From contig CAIRXI010000182.1 in NCBI GenBank assembly GCA_903882525.1, forward strand, positions 1 through 58,984: DNA of 58,984 bases, in the 5' to 3' direction. The position numbers and the translations under genes are program-made. Source of the stretch: an uncultured Pseudomonadota bacterium (lineage in GTDB: Bacteria > Pseudomonadota > Gammaproteobacteria > Burkholderiales > Methylophilaceae). The notes beneath the pieces were generated by a model. The model was not told the origin of the DNA, made no database searches, and worked only from the letters and a program-made list of their open reading frames with translations. Below, one piece after another: positions 1-8,379 of this stretch. How positions within the stretch are numbered: position 1 is the stretch's first letter; each line of letters opens with the position of its first letter.

Positions 1-39
1 TCAGTTGGAGGTTTAGTCCAACTTTTGGGGTGCAGTTCA
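1..39 (-). mobile_element. IS3-family (IS150-like) terminal inverted repeat; rest of element lies outside the window
   Basis: Minus strand reads TGAACTGCACCCCAAAAGTTGGACTAAACCTCCAACTGA, matching the 5'-TG.. TGAACTGCACCCCAAAAGTTGGAC end I recognise from IS3/IS150-group elements. No transposase in window. Confidence 0.8.
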
Positions 40-40
40 C

Positions 41-56
41 TTGAAGCCGCTTTTTT
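41..56. terminator. One arm plus T-tract of an intrinsic terminator downstream of pbpG, abutting the IS end
   Basis: TTGAAGCCGCTTTTTT: GC-rich arm and T6. The complementary arm is not present in the window. Confidence 0.4.
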
Positions 57-87
57 ATTGCTTGTTACTTAGTTCATCATTAGATGA

Positions 88-1068
88 TTAGCTACTGACG
101 TTGTTACCTAATGAATTAGCATCATTGTGCTCTATCCACTTACGGATGCGGTTAGCATCAGCGATACGCGTCAGTTTACCTACTGAGTCTAGCAACACAA
201 TAATGACCGGTTGCCCTGAAATTTCTGCTTGCATCACTAAACAACGGCCCGCCTCATTAATAAAACCAGTTTTTGATAAACCAATGACCCAACTTCCATT
301 CCTCACCAAGGCATTGGTATTAACAAAGTTGAGTGAATTGCGGCCATATAAGTTAAAAGACTGTGAAGGAGTGGTAGTGACTTGGCGAATTTCTGGATAG
401 TGATAAGCAGCATTAACCATGCGAGCTAAGTCTTCAGCAGTAGATACATTGTTACTATCTAATCCAGTAGCATCAAAGAAATGAGTTGATTTCATACCCA
501 ATACATCCGCTTTTTGGTTCATAGCACGCACAAAAGCATTAATGCCACCAGGATAATTATGTCCTAGTGCAGATGCAGCACGATTTTCTGATGACATTAG
601 TGCTAACTGCAATAAATCAGCACGACTTAGCGAAGTGCCCACATTTAGCCTTGAGTGAGTACCTTTGAGATAATCAACGTCTTGATCCGCAATTGACAGC
701 ACATCATCCATAGGTAAATGTGCATCCAACATCACCATTGCAGTCATTAACTTGGTAACGGAAGCGATAGGCGTAGATTGATTCGTATTTTTGGCATATA
801 AAGTTTCGCCAGTAAGCTGATTGATGACCAACACCTTAGCAGAGGCTAGTTGTAACTTACCTTTACCGCTATATGCCGCATCATAAACATCAGATGATCT
901 TGAAGCTCGCAAACTATGATGCACGCGAATTCGGCTTATATTTTCTTGAACATTTGCGTGCTTTTTACTAGGCACAGCGTGTTTATGCGACTTTTTGCCC
1001 GCAGCTTGTGCAGCCATTGGGGACACACCTAGTATTAATGCAATATAAAGCAATAAAAATTTACGCAT
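88..1068 (-). CDS. pbpG: D-alanyl-D-alanine endopeptidase (PBP7, peptidase S11)
   Basis: Signal peptide; SxxK (ASVTK), SxN (MSSENRAA) and KTG (LSKTGFINEAGRCLV) motifs typical of PbpG. Confidence 0.92.
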   Translation of the reverse strand: MRKFLLLYIALILGVSPMAAQAAGKKSHKHAVPSKKHANVQENISRIRVHHSLRASRSSDVYDAAYSGKGKLQLASAKVLVINQLTGETLYAKNTNQSTPIASVTKLMTAMVMLDAHLPMDDVLSIADQDVDYLKGTHSRLNVGTSLSRADLLQLALMSSENRAASALGHNYPGGINAFVRAMNQKADVLGMKSTHFFDATGLDSNNVSTAEDLARMVNAAYHYPEIRQVTTTPSQSFNLYGRNSLNFVNTNALVRNGSWVIGLSKTGFINEAGRCLVMQAEISGQPVIIVLLDSVGKLTRIADANRIRKWIEHNDANSLGNNVSS

Positions 1069-1274
1069 ATAAAATCCAATTAGTTTGTTTCATGTCATAC
1101 AGTTACAGGTGAATACTATATAAAAACTTTAGCTTTGTCATCAACTGAATTTTGTTTGTGTTTGTTTTAGGTATTCACTAGCCATTAAGATGTGAGAGAA
1201 TTAAATTTGACGGGGTTTAGATACCTCGAAAACTAACGATAGTTTAAATCTAAAACATTCTTTGAGTATTAAAA

Positions 1275-1658
1275 ATGCGCATTCCTCCAACACTGCTCTA
1301 CAGCCCACAACATTTATGGGCAAAACCAACTTCAAACGGCGTATGGGAAGCAGGGATTACCGATTATGCACAAGATTTACTAGGGGACATTGTTTTTATT
1401 GAACCGCCCAGCATCGGCACTGCGCTTGCAGCAGGGAAAACCTGCGGCTTGGTCGAGTCAGTCAAAACTGGCTCTGACTTGCACGCATTGGTAGATGGGG
1501 ATGTGGTCGAAATCAATCAAGCTTTGCTCAACAACCCAGAATTAATGAATGAAGATCCATACCAAGCTTGGATTTTCAAATTTACGCCGCATGGGGATGC
1601 GCTTGAGAATCAACTAATGTCCGCTACGGATTATAAAATTTATATTGATGGTCTTTAA
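1275..1658 (+). CDS. gcvH: Glycine cleavage H protein / lipoyl carrier
   Basis: GITDYAQDLLGDIVFIE and lipoyl-lysine motif VESVKTGSD; NEDPYQAWIFK; 127 aa. Confidence 0.9.
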   Translation: MRIPPTLLYSPQHLWAKPTSNGVWEAGITDYAQDLLGDIVFIEPPSIGTALAAGKTCGLVESVKTGSDLHALVDGDVVEINQALLNNPELMNEDPYQAWIFKFTPHGDALENQLMSATDYKIYIDGL

Positions 1659-2575
1659 GCTAAATCAGTATCTGGAACTGAAATCTGAGGCACTAAGCGC
1701 ACCGACCCAAGTAACTTTCCAACTTCAGTTTCAACATTCCCCTTAATTTTCTGCTCAACACGTGGCAGTTCTGCATCTAAAACTTCCTGTACTTTGTTAG
1801 CCAAGACTTGCTCTACCGCTGGCAGTTTTGCATTGAGCAATTGTAGAAAATCCTGACTAGCATTTTGAGCCAAGCCTTCAAAGTCACGTTTCAATGTAGC
1901 GCCTAACTCATCCGATAAGCCCTGATAAAGAACTGGAAAGGTATCCCCTAACTTATTTTCTAATTGCTGCTGTGACTGCGCTTGCAACGTTTCTAAATAA
2001 GCGTTGAGTTCGCTGTGTGTCTGTTGCATAAGTTCTTGATATTTAGCTGACAATTCCTGCGTAAGATTGGCCTGATGCTCAATCAGAAGGTTATCATGCA
2101 ACTGCCCCATTTTTTTCTGTAAGAGGTGAGTAGCATTTTCAACAGCGGTTGCTTCTAAACCTGCAACTGAAGTTTGTAACTGTGATTTAAGCAAACTTTC
2201 CAGTAAAGGCAAGTTTTGCATAAGCTTAGCTTGCACGTCTGCAATCGTATCTTGCTGCATTTTATTAAGCTCAGTATCCAAGTCAGCCTTAATGATGCTT
2301 GTATTCGTGTGCAGCATTTTAGGAATTTCTGTGGCCAAATCTGCTTTGGCTTTATCAACGAAATTAATGGTATTCTGCATCAGCGCTTGCTGTACATTTT
2401 TAATAGCGAGATCTATTTCTTGCGCTAATGTTGGTTTAATCTCTGCCACTAATTGCGGCTTAATTTGCTCAATGATTCCGGCAATCAAATCTGCTGAAAG
2501 TCTCATGGGCTTGTCTGCCGCATTTTTTGATACAGCATGCACGTCTGTTAACAGCGGAATCTCTTCATCTTGCAC
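1655..2575 (-). CDS. Hypothetical alpha-helical repeat protein with N-terminal IPLLTD motif (resembles the DUF2486-type gene found after holC)
   Basis: 306-aa ORF, GTG start, Q/L/E/A-rich amphipathic helices, co-oriented directly after holC. Confidence 0.7.
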   Translation of the reverse strand: MQDEEIPLLTDVHAVSKNAADKPMRLSADLIAGIIEQIKPQLVAEIKPTLAQEIDLAIKNVQQALMQNTINFVDKAKADLATEIPKMLHTNTSIIKADLDTELNKMQQDTIADVQAKLMQNLPLLESLLKSQLQTSVAGLEATAVENATHLLQKKMGQLHDNLLIEHQANLTQELSAKYQELMQQTHSELNAYLETLQAQSQQQLENKLGDTFPVLYQGLSDELGATLKRDFEGLAQNASQDFLQLLNAKLPAVEQVLANKVQEVLDAELPRVEQKIKGNVETEVGKLLGSVRLVPQISVPDTDLA

Positions 2576-2648
2576 GTTTAAGTCCTTCTAAATTAGTAAA
2601 AATGCAGAGTTAATATTTGGCGGCTATATTTTAGTAATCTAATGAAAA

Positions 2649-3071
2649 CTAGCTCTGCGTCATATCCATAGATTTAACCTCATAACCCCGGTCCCGATAA
2701 AACCTAAAGCGCACCCTGGCTGCAACCTTATCGGCGTCGTCACTACCTACCAGCTCAATCAAAAGCCTAAATCGACCAAAAAATGGCGGGTGAGCAGTCT
2801 GCAAGTTAATCAAAATATCATCCTGCAACAACGACTCTCCATCTAGACCCAGCACAATAGGAGAGCTTTGCCTTATAGCATCTGCTGGCTTTGCGCTAGG
2901 CAAAAAACTGGTAGCAGAATGCTGCCAAAGCCGTTGTTGCAAATCGCCGCTCAACTCATCATCACGACTAATAACGGTTACATGATGCCCTTGCGCCAAG
3001 GCTTTAGCGCAAATTTCGCTAATTTTCGCTAACTTATCTGGCACATTGAAAAAGAACTCTACACGGGTCAT
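2649..3071 (-). CDS. holC: DNA polymerase III subunit chi
   Basis: MTRVEFF start, LWQ..SFLP, ARVRFRFYRDRGY C-terminal motif; follows pepA. Confidence 0.93.
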   Translation of the reverse strand: MTRVEFFFNVPDKLAKISEICAKALAQGHHVTVISRDDELSGDLQQRLWQHSATSFLPSAKPADAIRQSSPIVLGLDGESLLQDDILINLQTAHPPFFGRFRLLIELVGSDDADKVAARVRFRFYRDRGYEVKSMDMTQS

Positions 3072-3080
3072 GATGCTACA

Positions 3081-4604
3081 TTACTTATTGGTTTGCTGCG
3101 CGCGTGCCACTAAAAACTCGGTCAACAAAGGAACCGGACGACCTGTGCCGCCTTTTTCCTTACCTGACTTCCAGGCCGTGCCTGCAATATCCAAATGCGC
3201 CCAGTCATACTTTTTAGCAAAGCGCGATAAGAAACATGCGGCTGTAATACTGCCGCCTGCTCGCCCACCGATATTGGCCATATCAGCGAAATTGCTATCG
3301 AGTAATGGTTGGTATTCCTCCCACATAGGCATATGCCAAGCGCGGTCAAGGGATGCTTCTCCTGCGCTTAATAGCTCTTTGGCTAAATCATCGTTGTTAC
3401 TAAACAAACCAGTCGCATGATGCCCCAGCGCAATCACGCAAGCGCCAGTGAGTGTAGCAATATCAACTACCGCACTTGGTTCAAAGCGCTCAGCATAGGT
3501 AAGAGCATCGCACAAAATCAAACGGCCTTCTGCATCCGTATTTAAAACTTCAATAGTCAGGCCAGACATACTGGTCAGCACATCGCCAGGCCTTACCGCA
3601 CGGCCATCTGGCATATTTTCACAAGTAGGTATAATGCCGATAACATTAAGAGGCAAATCCATTTCAGCGATGGTCTTAAATGTTCCAAGCACGCTGGCGG
3701 CGCCACACATGTCGTACTTCATCTCATCCATCTCGGCACCTGGTTTGATTGAAATACCTCCCGTATCAAAAGTAATGCCTTTTCCTACTAGCACTACGGG
3801 CTTGTCGTTTTTATTGCCCTTAAGGTGTTGTAAAACAATCAGTTTTGGTGGCTCTTCACTGCCTTGCGCTACTGCTAAAAATGAACCCATACCAAGCTTC
3901 TCAAGTGCTGCACGCTCCAGCACTTCTATTTTTAAACCATAGGTTTTACCGAGCAAAATTGCCTGTTCAGCCAAATAAGTCGGTGTACAAACATTAGGGG
4001 GTAAATTTCCCAAATCCTTGGTCAAGCTTACTCCTGCCGACAAGGCTAGACCGTCCGCTAAACCAGCTGCGCCTGCTTGCACATCGGAAGCTTGTGGAAC
4101 GTTGATACTCAGACTTGCAATCCCTTTTTTAGTCCCTGGCTTATCTTCAGACTTTCTTTTAATAGCATTGAATTGATAGTTTGCATCTAATGTCACTTCA
4201 ACTAAGTGAGACACTTTCCAGCGTGTAGCGAACGTTTTAACCGGTAATTCCACCAAAAAGCTACCAACAACGTTGGCGCCTGTATTGGCCAAAGCTTTCA
4301 CTGAAGATCGCACCGCTTTGCAATATTGTTTTTCAGTAAACTCCTCTGCTTTTCCCAATCCTACTAACAGCACACGCTCGCTCTGGATCCCAGGCAAGCT
4401 ATGTAACATTAGTGTCGAGTCTAATTTACCATCCATATCACCACGTTTAAGTATATTGCTAATATATCCGCTAGATGCAGCGTCTATGGATTGCGCCGCG
4501 TCTGATAATTTTCGTGACTCATACACGCCAACAACCACACAATCACAAGCTAGCTTTTCCGGTTTATCGCTTTTTATGCTAAATTCTATGGTACTGGGTT
4601 TCAT
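3081..4604 (-). CDS. pepA: Leucyl aminopeptidase (M17)
   Basis: GKGITFDTGGISIK, MKYDMCGAA, NTDAEGRL, WAHLDIAGT motifs. Confidence 0.97.
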   Translation of the reverse strand: MKPSTIEFSIKSDKPEKLACDCVVVGVYESRKLSDAAQSIDAASSGYISNILKRGDMDGKLDSTLMLHSLPGIQSERVLLVGLGKAEEFTEKQYCKAVRSSVKALANTGANVVGSFLVELPVKTFATRWKVSHLVEVTLDANYQFNAIKRKSEDKPGTKKGIASLSINVPQASDVQAGAAGLADGLALSAGVSLTKDLGNLPPNVCTPTYLAEQAILLGKTYGLKIEVLERAALEKLGMGSFLAVAQGSEEPPKLIVLQHLKGNKNDKPVVLVGKGITFDTGGISIKPGAEMDEMKYDMCGAASVLGTFKTIAEMDLPLNVIGIIPTCENMPDGRAVRPGDVLTSMSGLTIEVLNTDAEGRLILCDALTYAERFEPSAVVDIATLTGACVIALGHHATGLFSNNDDLAKELLSAGEASLDRAWHMPMWEEYQPLLDSNFADMANIGGRAGGSITAACFLSRFAKKYDWAHLDIAGTAWKSGKEKGGTGRPVPLLTEFLVARAQQTNK

Positions 4605-4691
4605 GCTGTATTAACCTTTTCTGTTGTTTAGTAAATTATCTCGTGTTTTACTCGTAATTCATAGTTGTAAATAAATGGTTTAATGCATCGT

Positions 4692-4751
4692 ATGCTTTTT
4701 AGGCGCTCACTCTTACAAGAACTTATCATCACAATTAATTCCTTGACCTAA
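4692..4751 (+). pseudogene. lptF: N-terminal stub of LPS export permease LptF
   Basis: ATG4692..TAA4751 translates MLFRRSLLQELIITINSLT*. The first ~14 residues resemble betaproteobacterial LptF N-termini (M-I/L-F-x-R-S-L-L-x-E-L). It sits exactly in the lptF slot, divergent from pepA and 10 bp before lptG. Confidence 0.72.
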
Positions 4752-4761
4752 CATACTTACC

Positions 4762-5832
4762 ATGAAAATCATTTCACGCTACTTGCTTAAAGAAGTCACT
4801 ATCAATGTGATTCTCATCATGCTCGCGCTCCTTGCCATGTTCTCATTCTTTAATTTAATCCAAGAGCTGGAATCTTTAGGTAAAGGTAACTATGGGCTGA
4901 GCCAGGTCTTGTTATTTGTATTGCTAAGCGCGCCAGGACATATCTATGATGTAATGCCCGTCGCTGTACTAGTAGGCTGCATGTATAGCTTGGCAAAATT
5001 TGCGCGCAATTCAGAGCTTGTCGTATTAAGGGTTAGCGGTGTATCTATGCTTAATATCGCCGTCTTGCTGTTAAAAGTGGGAACTGTGTTTACGCTTCTT
5101 ACATTTTTGATTGGCGAGCTCATCACACCGGTAAGCGAGAAGATGGCACAGCGGGTTCGGATTAAAGCGACCAACTCTGTGATTGCACAAGACTTTAGAT
5201 CTGGTTTATGGGTAAAAGATGGCAGTAGTTTTGTTAATGTTGAGGAAGTGTTACCAGACGCCACTTTACTCAATGTCCATATCTATGAATTTGATCAGAA
5301 GTTTAAGCTACGTATGATTAGTAATGCCAAAAGTGGGCAATTTACAGATGATGACTGGCAACTGAAAAAAGTAAGAAAAACCACATTTGATCAAGACTCG
5401 ATTCATATTACAGAAGTACCTGAAGCGAAGTGGCACTCACTTATTCGGCCAGAGTTAATGAATGTATTGTTGGTGCTACCTGAAAGAATGTCAGCACTTA
5501 ACTTGTATTCTTATATACGTCACTTAAGTGTCAATAAGCAAAAAACTACCCGCTACCAAGTGGCCTTGTGGGGTAAGTTAATTTACCCACTGGCCTGCAT
5601 GGTCATGGTGGTTCTGGCCTTACCGTTTGGTTTTATTCAGCAACGCATGAGCGGAGCCAGCGCCAAAGTATTTGTTGGAATTATGCTTGGTGTCATGTAT
5701 CAAATACTGAATCGGGTATTTGTGCACCTAGGCTTATTAAACGACTGGCCACCTTTATTTAGCGCCACCACACCGACGATTTTATTTTTGCTCGCTGGTC
5801 TCACCATGTTGCATTATGTTGAACGTAGATAA
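4762..5832 (+). CDS. lptG: LPS export ABC transporter permease LptG
   Basis: MKIISRYLLKE.., LGKGNY, RNSELVVLRVSG, GLWVKDG, six-TM YjgP/Q layout; G-type N-terminus. Confidence 0.92.
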   Translation: MKIISRYLLKEVTINVILIMLALLAMFSFFNLIQELESLGKGNYGLSQVLLFVLLSAPGHIYDVMPVAVLVGCMYSLAKFARNSELVVLRVSGVSMLNIAVLLLKVGTVFTLLTFLIGELITPVSEKMAQRVRIKATNSVIAQDFRSGLWVKDGSSFVNVEEVLPDATLLNVHIYEFDQKFKLRMISNAKSGQFTDDDWQLKKVRKTTFDQDSIHITEVPEAKWHSLIRPELMNVLLVLPERMSALNLYSYIRHLSVNKQKTTRYQVALWGKLIYPLACMVMVVLALPFGFIQQRMSGASAKVFVGIMLGVMYQILNRVFVHLGLLNDWPPLFSATTPTILFLLAGLTMLHYVERR

Positions 5833-6275
5833 CAATCGATAATTCTAGAACCGAGTAAACGGTCATGTAAATAGATGCGGTCGCGGTCTACTAGCACCCA
5901 CAAAAAACCCAAACCAAATAGCATTAAACTTAGGCAGGCCAAGCCATATCTAAGCATTGCGATGGCTGGTGTCAGCAACTGCCCATGCTGATCCACTAAC
6001 TTTAAATGCCAGGTTTGCATAGCTAAGGTCTGACCGCTTTTAAGCCAACACCAAACAAAATAGAGGCCGACACTTAGACATAAAAACGACTGCAGAAAAT
6101 AACGCTTTCCGCCTTGTGTGGCATCACCTAGTAAGCCTATAAAGAGCAAAGCCAAGGCAAAACAAAGGGCCATGACGACTAAGCTATCGTAGACAAAACT
6201 AGCCCCGAGTTTGATTAAGCTTGGGGTGGTAAGTGCGCCCTCGGTTGACTCTCGTAATGGTTGCTGATTGTGCAT
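5814..6275 (-). CDS. RDD family membrane protein
   Basis: ASFVYD, GQTLAMQTW, LHDRL motifs; convergent with lptG as commonly seen. Confidence 0.88.
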   Translation of the reverse strand: MHNQQPLRESTEGALTTPSLIKLGASFVYDSLVVMALCFALALLFIGLLGDATQGGKRYFLQSFLCLSVGLYFVWCWLKSGQTLAMQTWHLKLVDQHGQLLTPAIAMLRYGLACLSLMLFGLGFLWVLVDRDRIYLHDRLLGSRIIDCYLRST

Positions 6276-6462
6276 ATCGTTCTACTTATATATTCAAAAT
6301 TACCATCAATTTCATTTCTAGGCTCATATTCCATCCTTTTTATCAGCCTGTAAATGCAAAGAAATCTATTTAAAAAGTTAAGATTTAGTATATCAGGTTT
6401 AAATTTTGCACTAAGCTAAGCTTTAGTTACAATAAGATTCATTCCTAAGTTGAGTAGATTCT

Positions 6463-6687
6463 ATGTGGCGACTTATTTTTCTAGGGTTAATTATTGGCCT
6501 GGGTATTTATTTTTTCAAACACATCCTAAACCAAACTAGAAGCACCACAGTGGCGCCCGAAAGCAATCTCGATAAAGCTGAGGACATGGTGCAATGCGTG
6601 ACTTGTGCGGTCCACATACCTAGATCGGAAGCATTTTTAGTCAAAGGTAAGTTTTACTGCTGCCAGACACACATCGATAATATGTGA
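6463..6687 (+). CDS. PP0621-family small membrane protein with Cys-rich (putative Zn) tail
   Basis: N-terminal TM helix then EDMVQCVTCAVHIPRSEA..FYCCQTH. Confidence 0.85.
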   Translation: MWRLIFLGLIIGLGIYFFKHILNQTRSTTVAPESNLDKAEDMVQCVTCAVHIPRSEAFLVKGKFYCCQTHIDNM

Positions 6688-6706
6688 GCAAGACTTATGA
6701 TGGATA

Positions 6707-7708
6707 TTAGCTGAGAACCAACACTAAATAAGTTAGATAAACAGCACCATTCAAGAGCAGATGCCATACCTTTAGAATGCTTTTACCAGCCAAATAACGT
6801 ATCCAAATAGCAGCAATCAAAGTTAGGGCAATACCTAATACTACTTCGCTACGCGGCTGCCAAGGAGTTAGCATAATTCCGATTGCCGGTAATAAAGTGC
6901 CCTGGAATACCATAGCACCAGTAATATTACCAAAAGCTAAAGTGTCTTTGCCTTTACGTATCCATAAAATACTGTTCACTTTTTCTGGCAATTCGGTCGC
7001 AATCGGAATAATCAACAAAGATAACAATAAAGCCGAAATGCCAATAATCTGTGCCGCGGCTTCTACTCCATTGATAAAGCCCTTAGCACCAGCAATCAGC
7101 ATGACCACACCTAAGATCAGTTGCAACAAAATCACTGCAGTATTATTCGGCAAACCTATTCTGCATAAAAACATATCACTGCCAGCTTCTGTGGCATGGC
7201 CGTCCGCCACCAGTGCCTTAGAAGCATTTAGCGTCATTAGTACGTAAACAAAATAAGTCATTACCATCGCCGCACTGATGCCATAACGTACAACGGCTAA
7301 GGTATGCGGCACATACATGGCAATGGCAGCAAAAGAAAATGCAACTATAAAGAAATTAAGATCGCGAGTTAAGCCGGTGCGTTCTGGACGTAAGTGCCCT
7401 TGAATGCCGCGCTGTCTCCATACTGAGATTGCCATTAACGAGATGGACAATGTAGCCAACATTAATGGCGCACCTAATATAGAACCTACGCCAATTTCCT
7501 CATTGGTAGAAGCGTTTTTGGTACCAGCCAGCAATGCCAGCAAAGGAACCATAGTTTCAGGTAAGGCCGTACCCACCGCGGCAAATAAGGAACCGGTAAC
7601 CCCTTCAGAAATGCCAAGTTTCTCACCTAAGTGCTCTAGCGCATTGGTAAAAACCTCAGCCGCAATTAAAATCACAATCAGCATCATAAACAATTGAAAA
7701 AACACCAT
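6707..7708 (-). CDS. Sodium:calcium antiporter (CaCA family)
   Basis: Alpha-repeat motifs AVGTALPE and PIATELPE, GNITG; ~10 TM helices. Confidence 0.9.
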   Translation of the reverse strand: MVFFQLFMMLIVILIAAEVFTNALEHLGEKLGISEGVTGSLFAAVGTALPETMVPLLALLAGTKNASTNEEIGVGSILGAPLMLATLSISLMAISVWRQRGIQGHLRPERTGLTRDLNFFIVAFSFAAIAMYVPHTLAVVRYGISAAMVMTYFVYVLMTLNASKALVADGHATEAGSDMFLCRIGLPNNTAVILLQLILGVVMLIAGAKGFINGVEAAAQIIGISALLLSLLIIPIATELPEKVNSILWIRKGKDTLAFGNITGAMVFQGTLLPAIGIMLTPWQPRSEVVLGIALTLIAAIWIRYLAGKSILKVWHLLLNGAVYLTYLVLVLS

Positions 7709-7815
7709 GAAGGCTTTTCCTTAAAATTAGGTAAACAGATTAAATATTTGTTAATGCCTAGATTTTATCGGAATACTGCTATTTATAAGTGAAATTTCGC
7801 ATAAAATTAGTACCT

Positions 7816-8367
7816 ATGAAATCTTATGCTATTAATGCTAGCGGCTTGGCGCTTAACGCAGAGTTCTTAGCATCTCCTAATTATGACGCTAGACCCGCAC
7901 TAGTCGGCCGCTCAGCCATCTGTTTAATTGTCATCCACAATATCAGCCTGCCACCTGGACAATATGGCGGCAACGGCATCGTGGAATTATTTAGCAATCA
8001 ATTAAATCCAAATGAGCATCCCTATTACGCGGAAATTTACACTCAGAAGGTCTCCTCACATTTCTTAATTCGGCGTCATGGTGAACTTATACAATTTGTA
8101 TCATGTCTCGATCGCGCCTGGCATGCAGGCCTCTCCAGCTGGAGGGGGCGAGAACGTTGTAATGATTTTTCAGTTGGAATAGAGCTTGAAGGCTCAGACT
8201 TTGATGCGTTTGAATCGGCACAATATCAAACACTTAAGCTTCTGATAGCAAGCCTAAAGCAATGCTATCCGATACAAGCCATCGTAGGACATTCGGATAT
8301 TGCTCCAGAACGCAAAACAGACCCTGGTCCCTATTTTGATTGGGGGGAAATTGAGTCTAAGCCCTAG
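7816..8367 (+). CDS. ampD: 1,6-anhydro-N-acetylmuramyl-L-alanine amidase AmpD
   Basis: SPNYDARP, IHNISLPPGQY, RAWHAG, CNDFSVGIELEG, GHSDIAPERKTDPG. ATG7816 preferred over the track's upstream GTG. Confidence 0.96.
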   Translation: MKSYAINASGLALNAEFLASPNYDARPALVGRSAICLIVIHNISLPPGQYGGNGIVELFSNQLNPNEHPYYAEIYTQKVSSHFLIRRHGELIQFVSCLDRAWHAGLSSWRGRERCNDFSVGIELEGSDFDAFESAQYQTLKLLIASLKQCYPIQAIVGHSDIAPERKTDPGPYFDWGEIESKP

Positions 8368-8379
8368 TAAACTGAGTGA

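Noticed and set aside
6276-6345. Short minus-strand ORFs with an AAGGA RBS upstream of the RDD gene as a possible gene relic
   Set aside because: Translations (MSLEMKLMVILNI*, MEYEPRNEIDGNF..) resemble nothing I recognise; AT-rich intergenic chance is sufficient.
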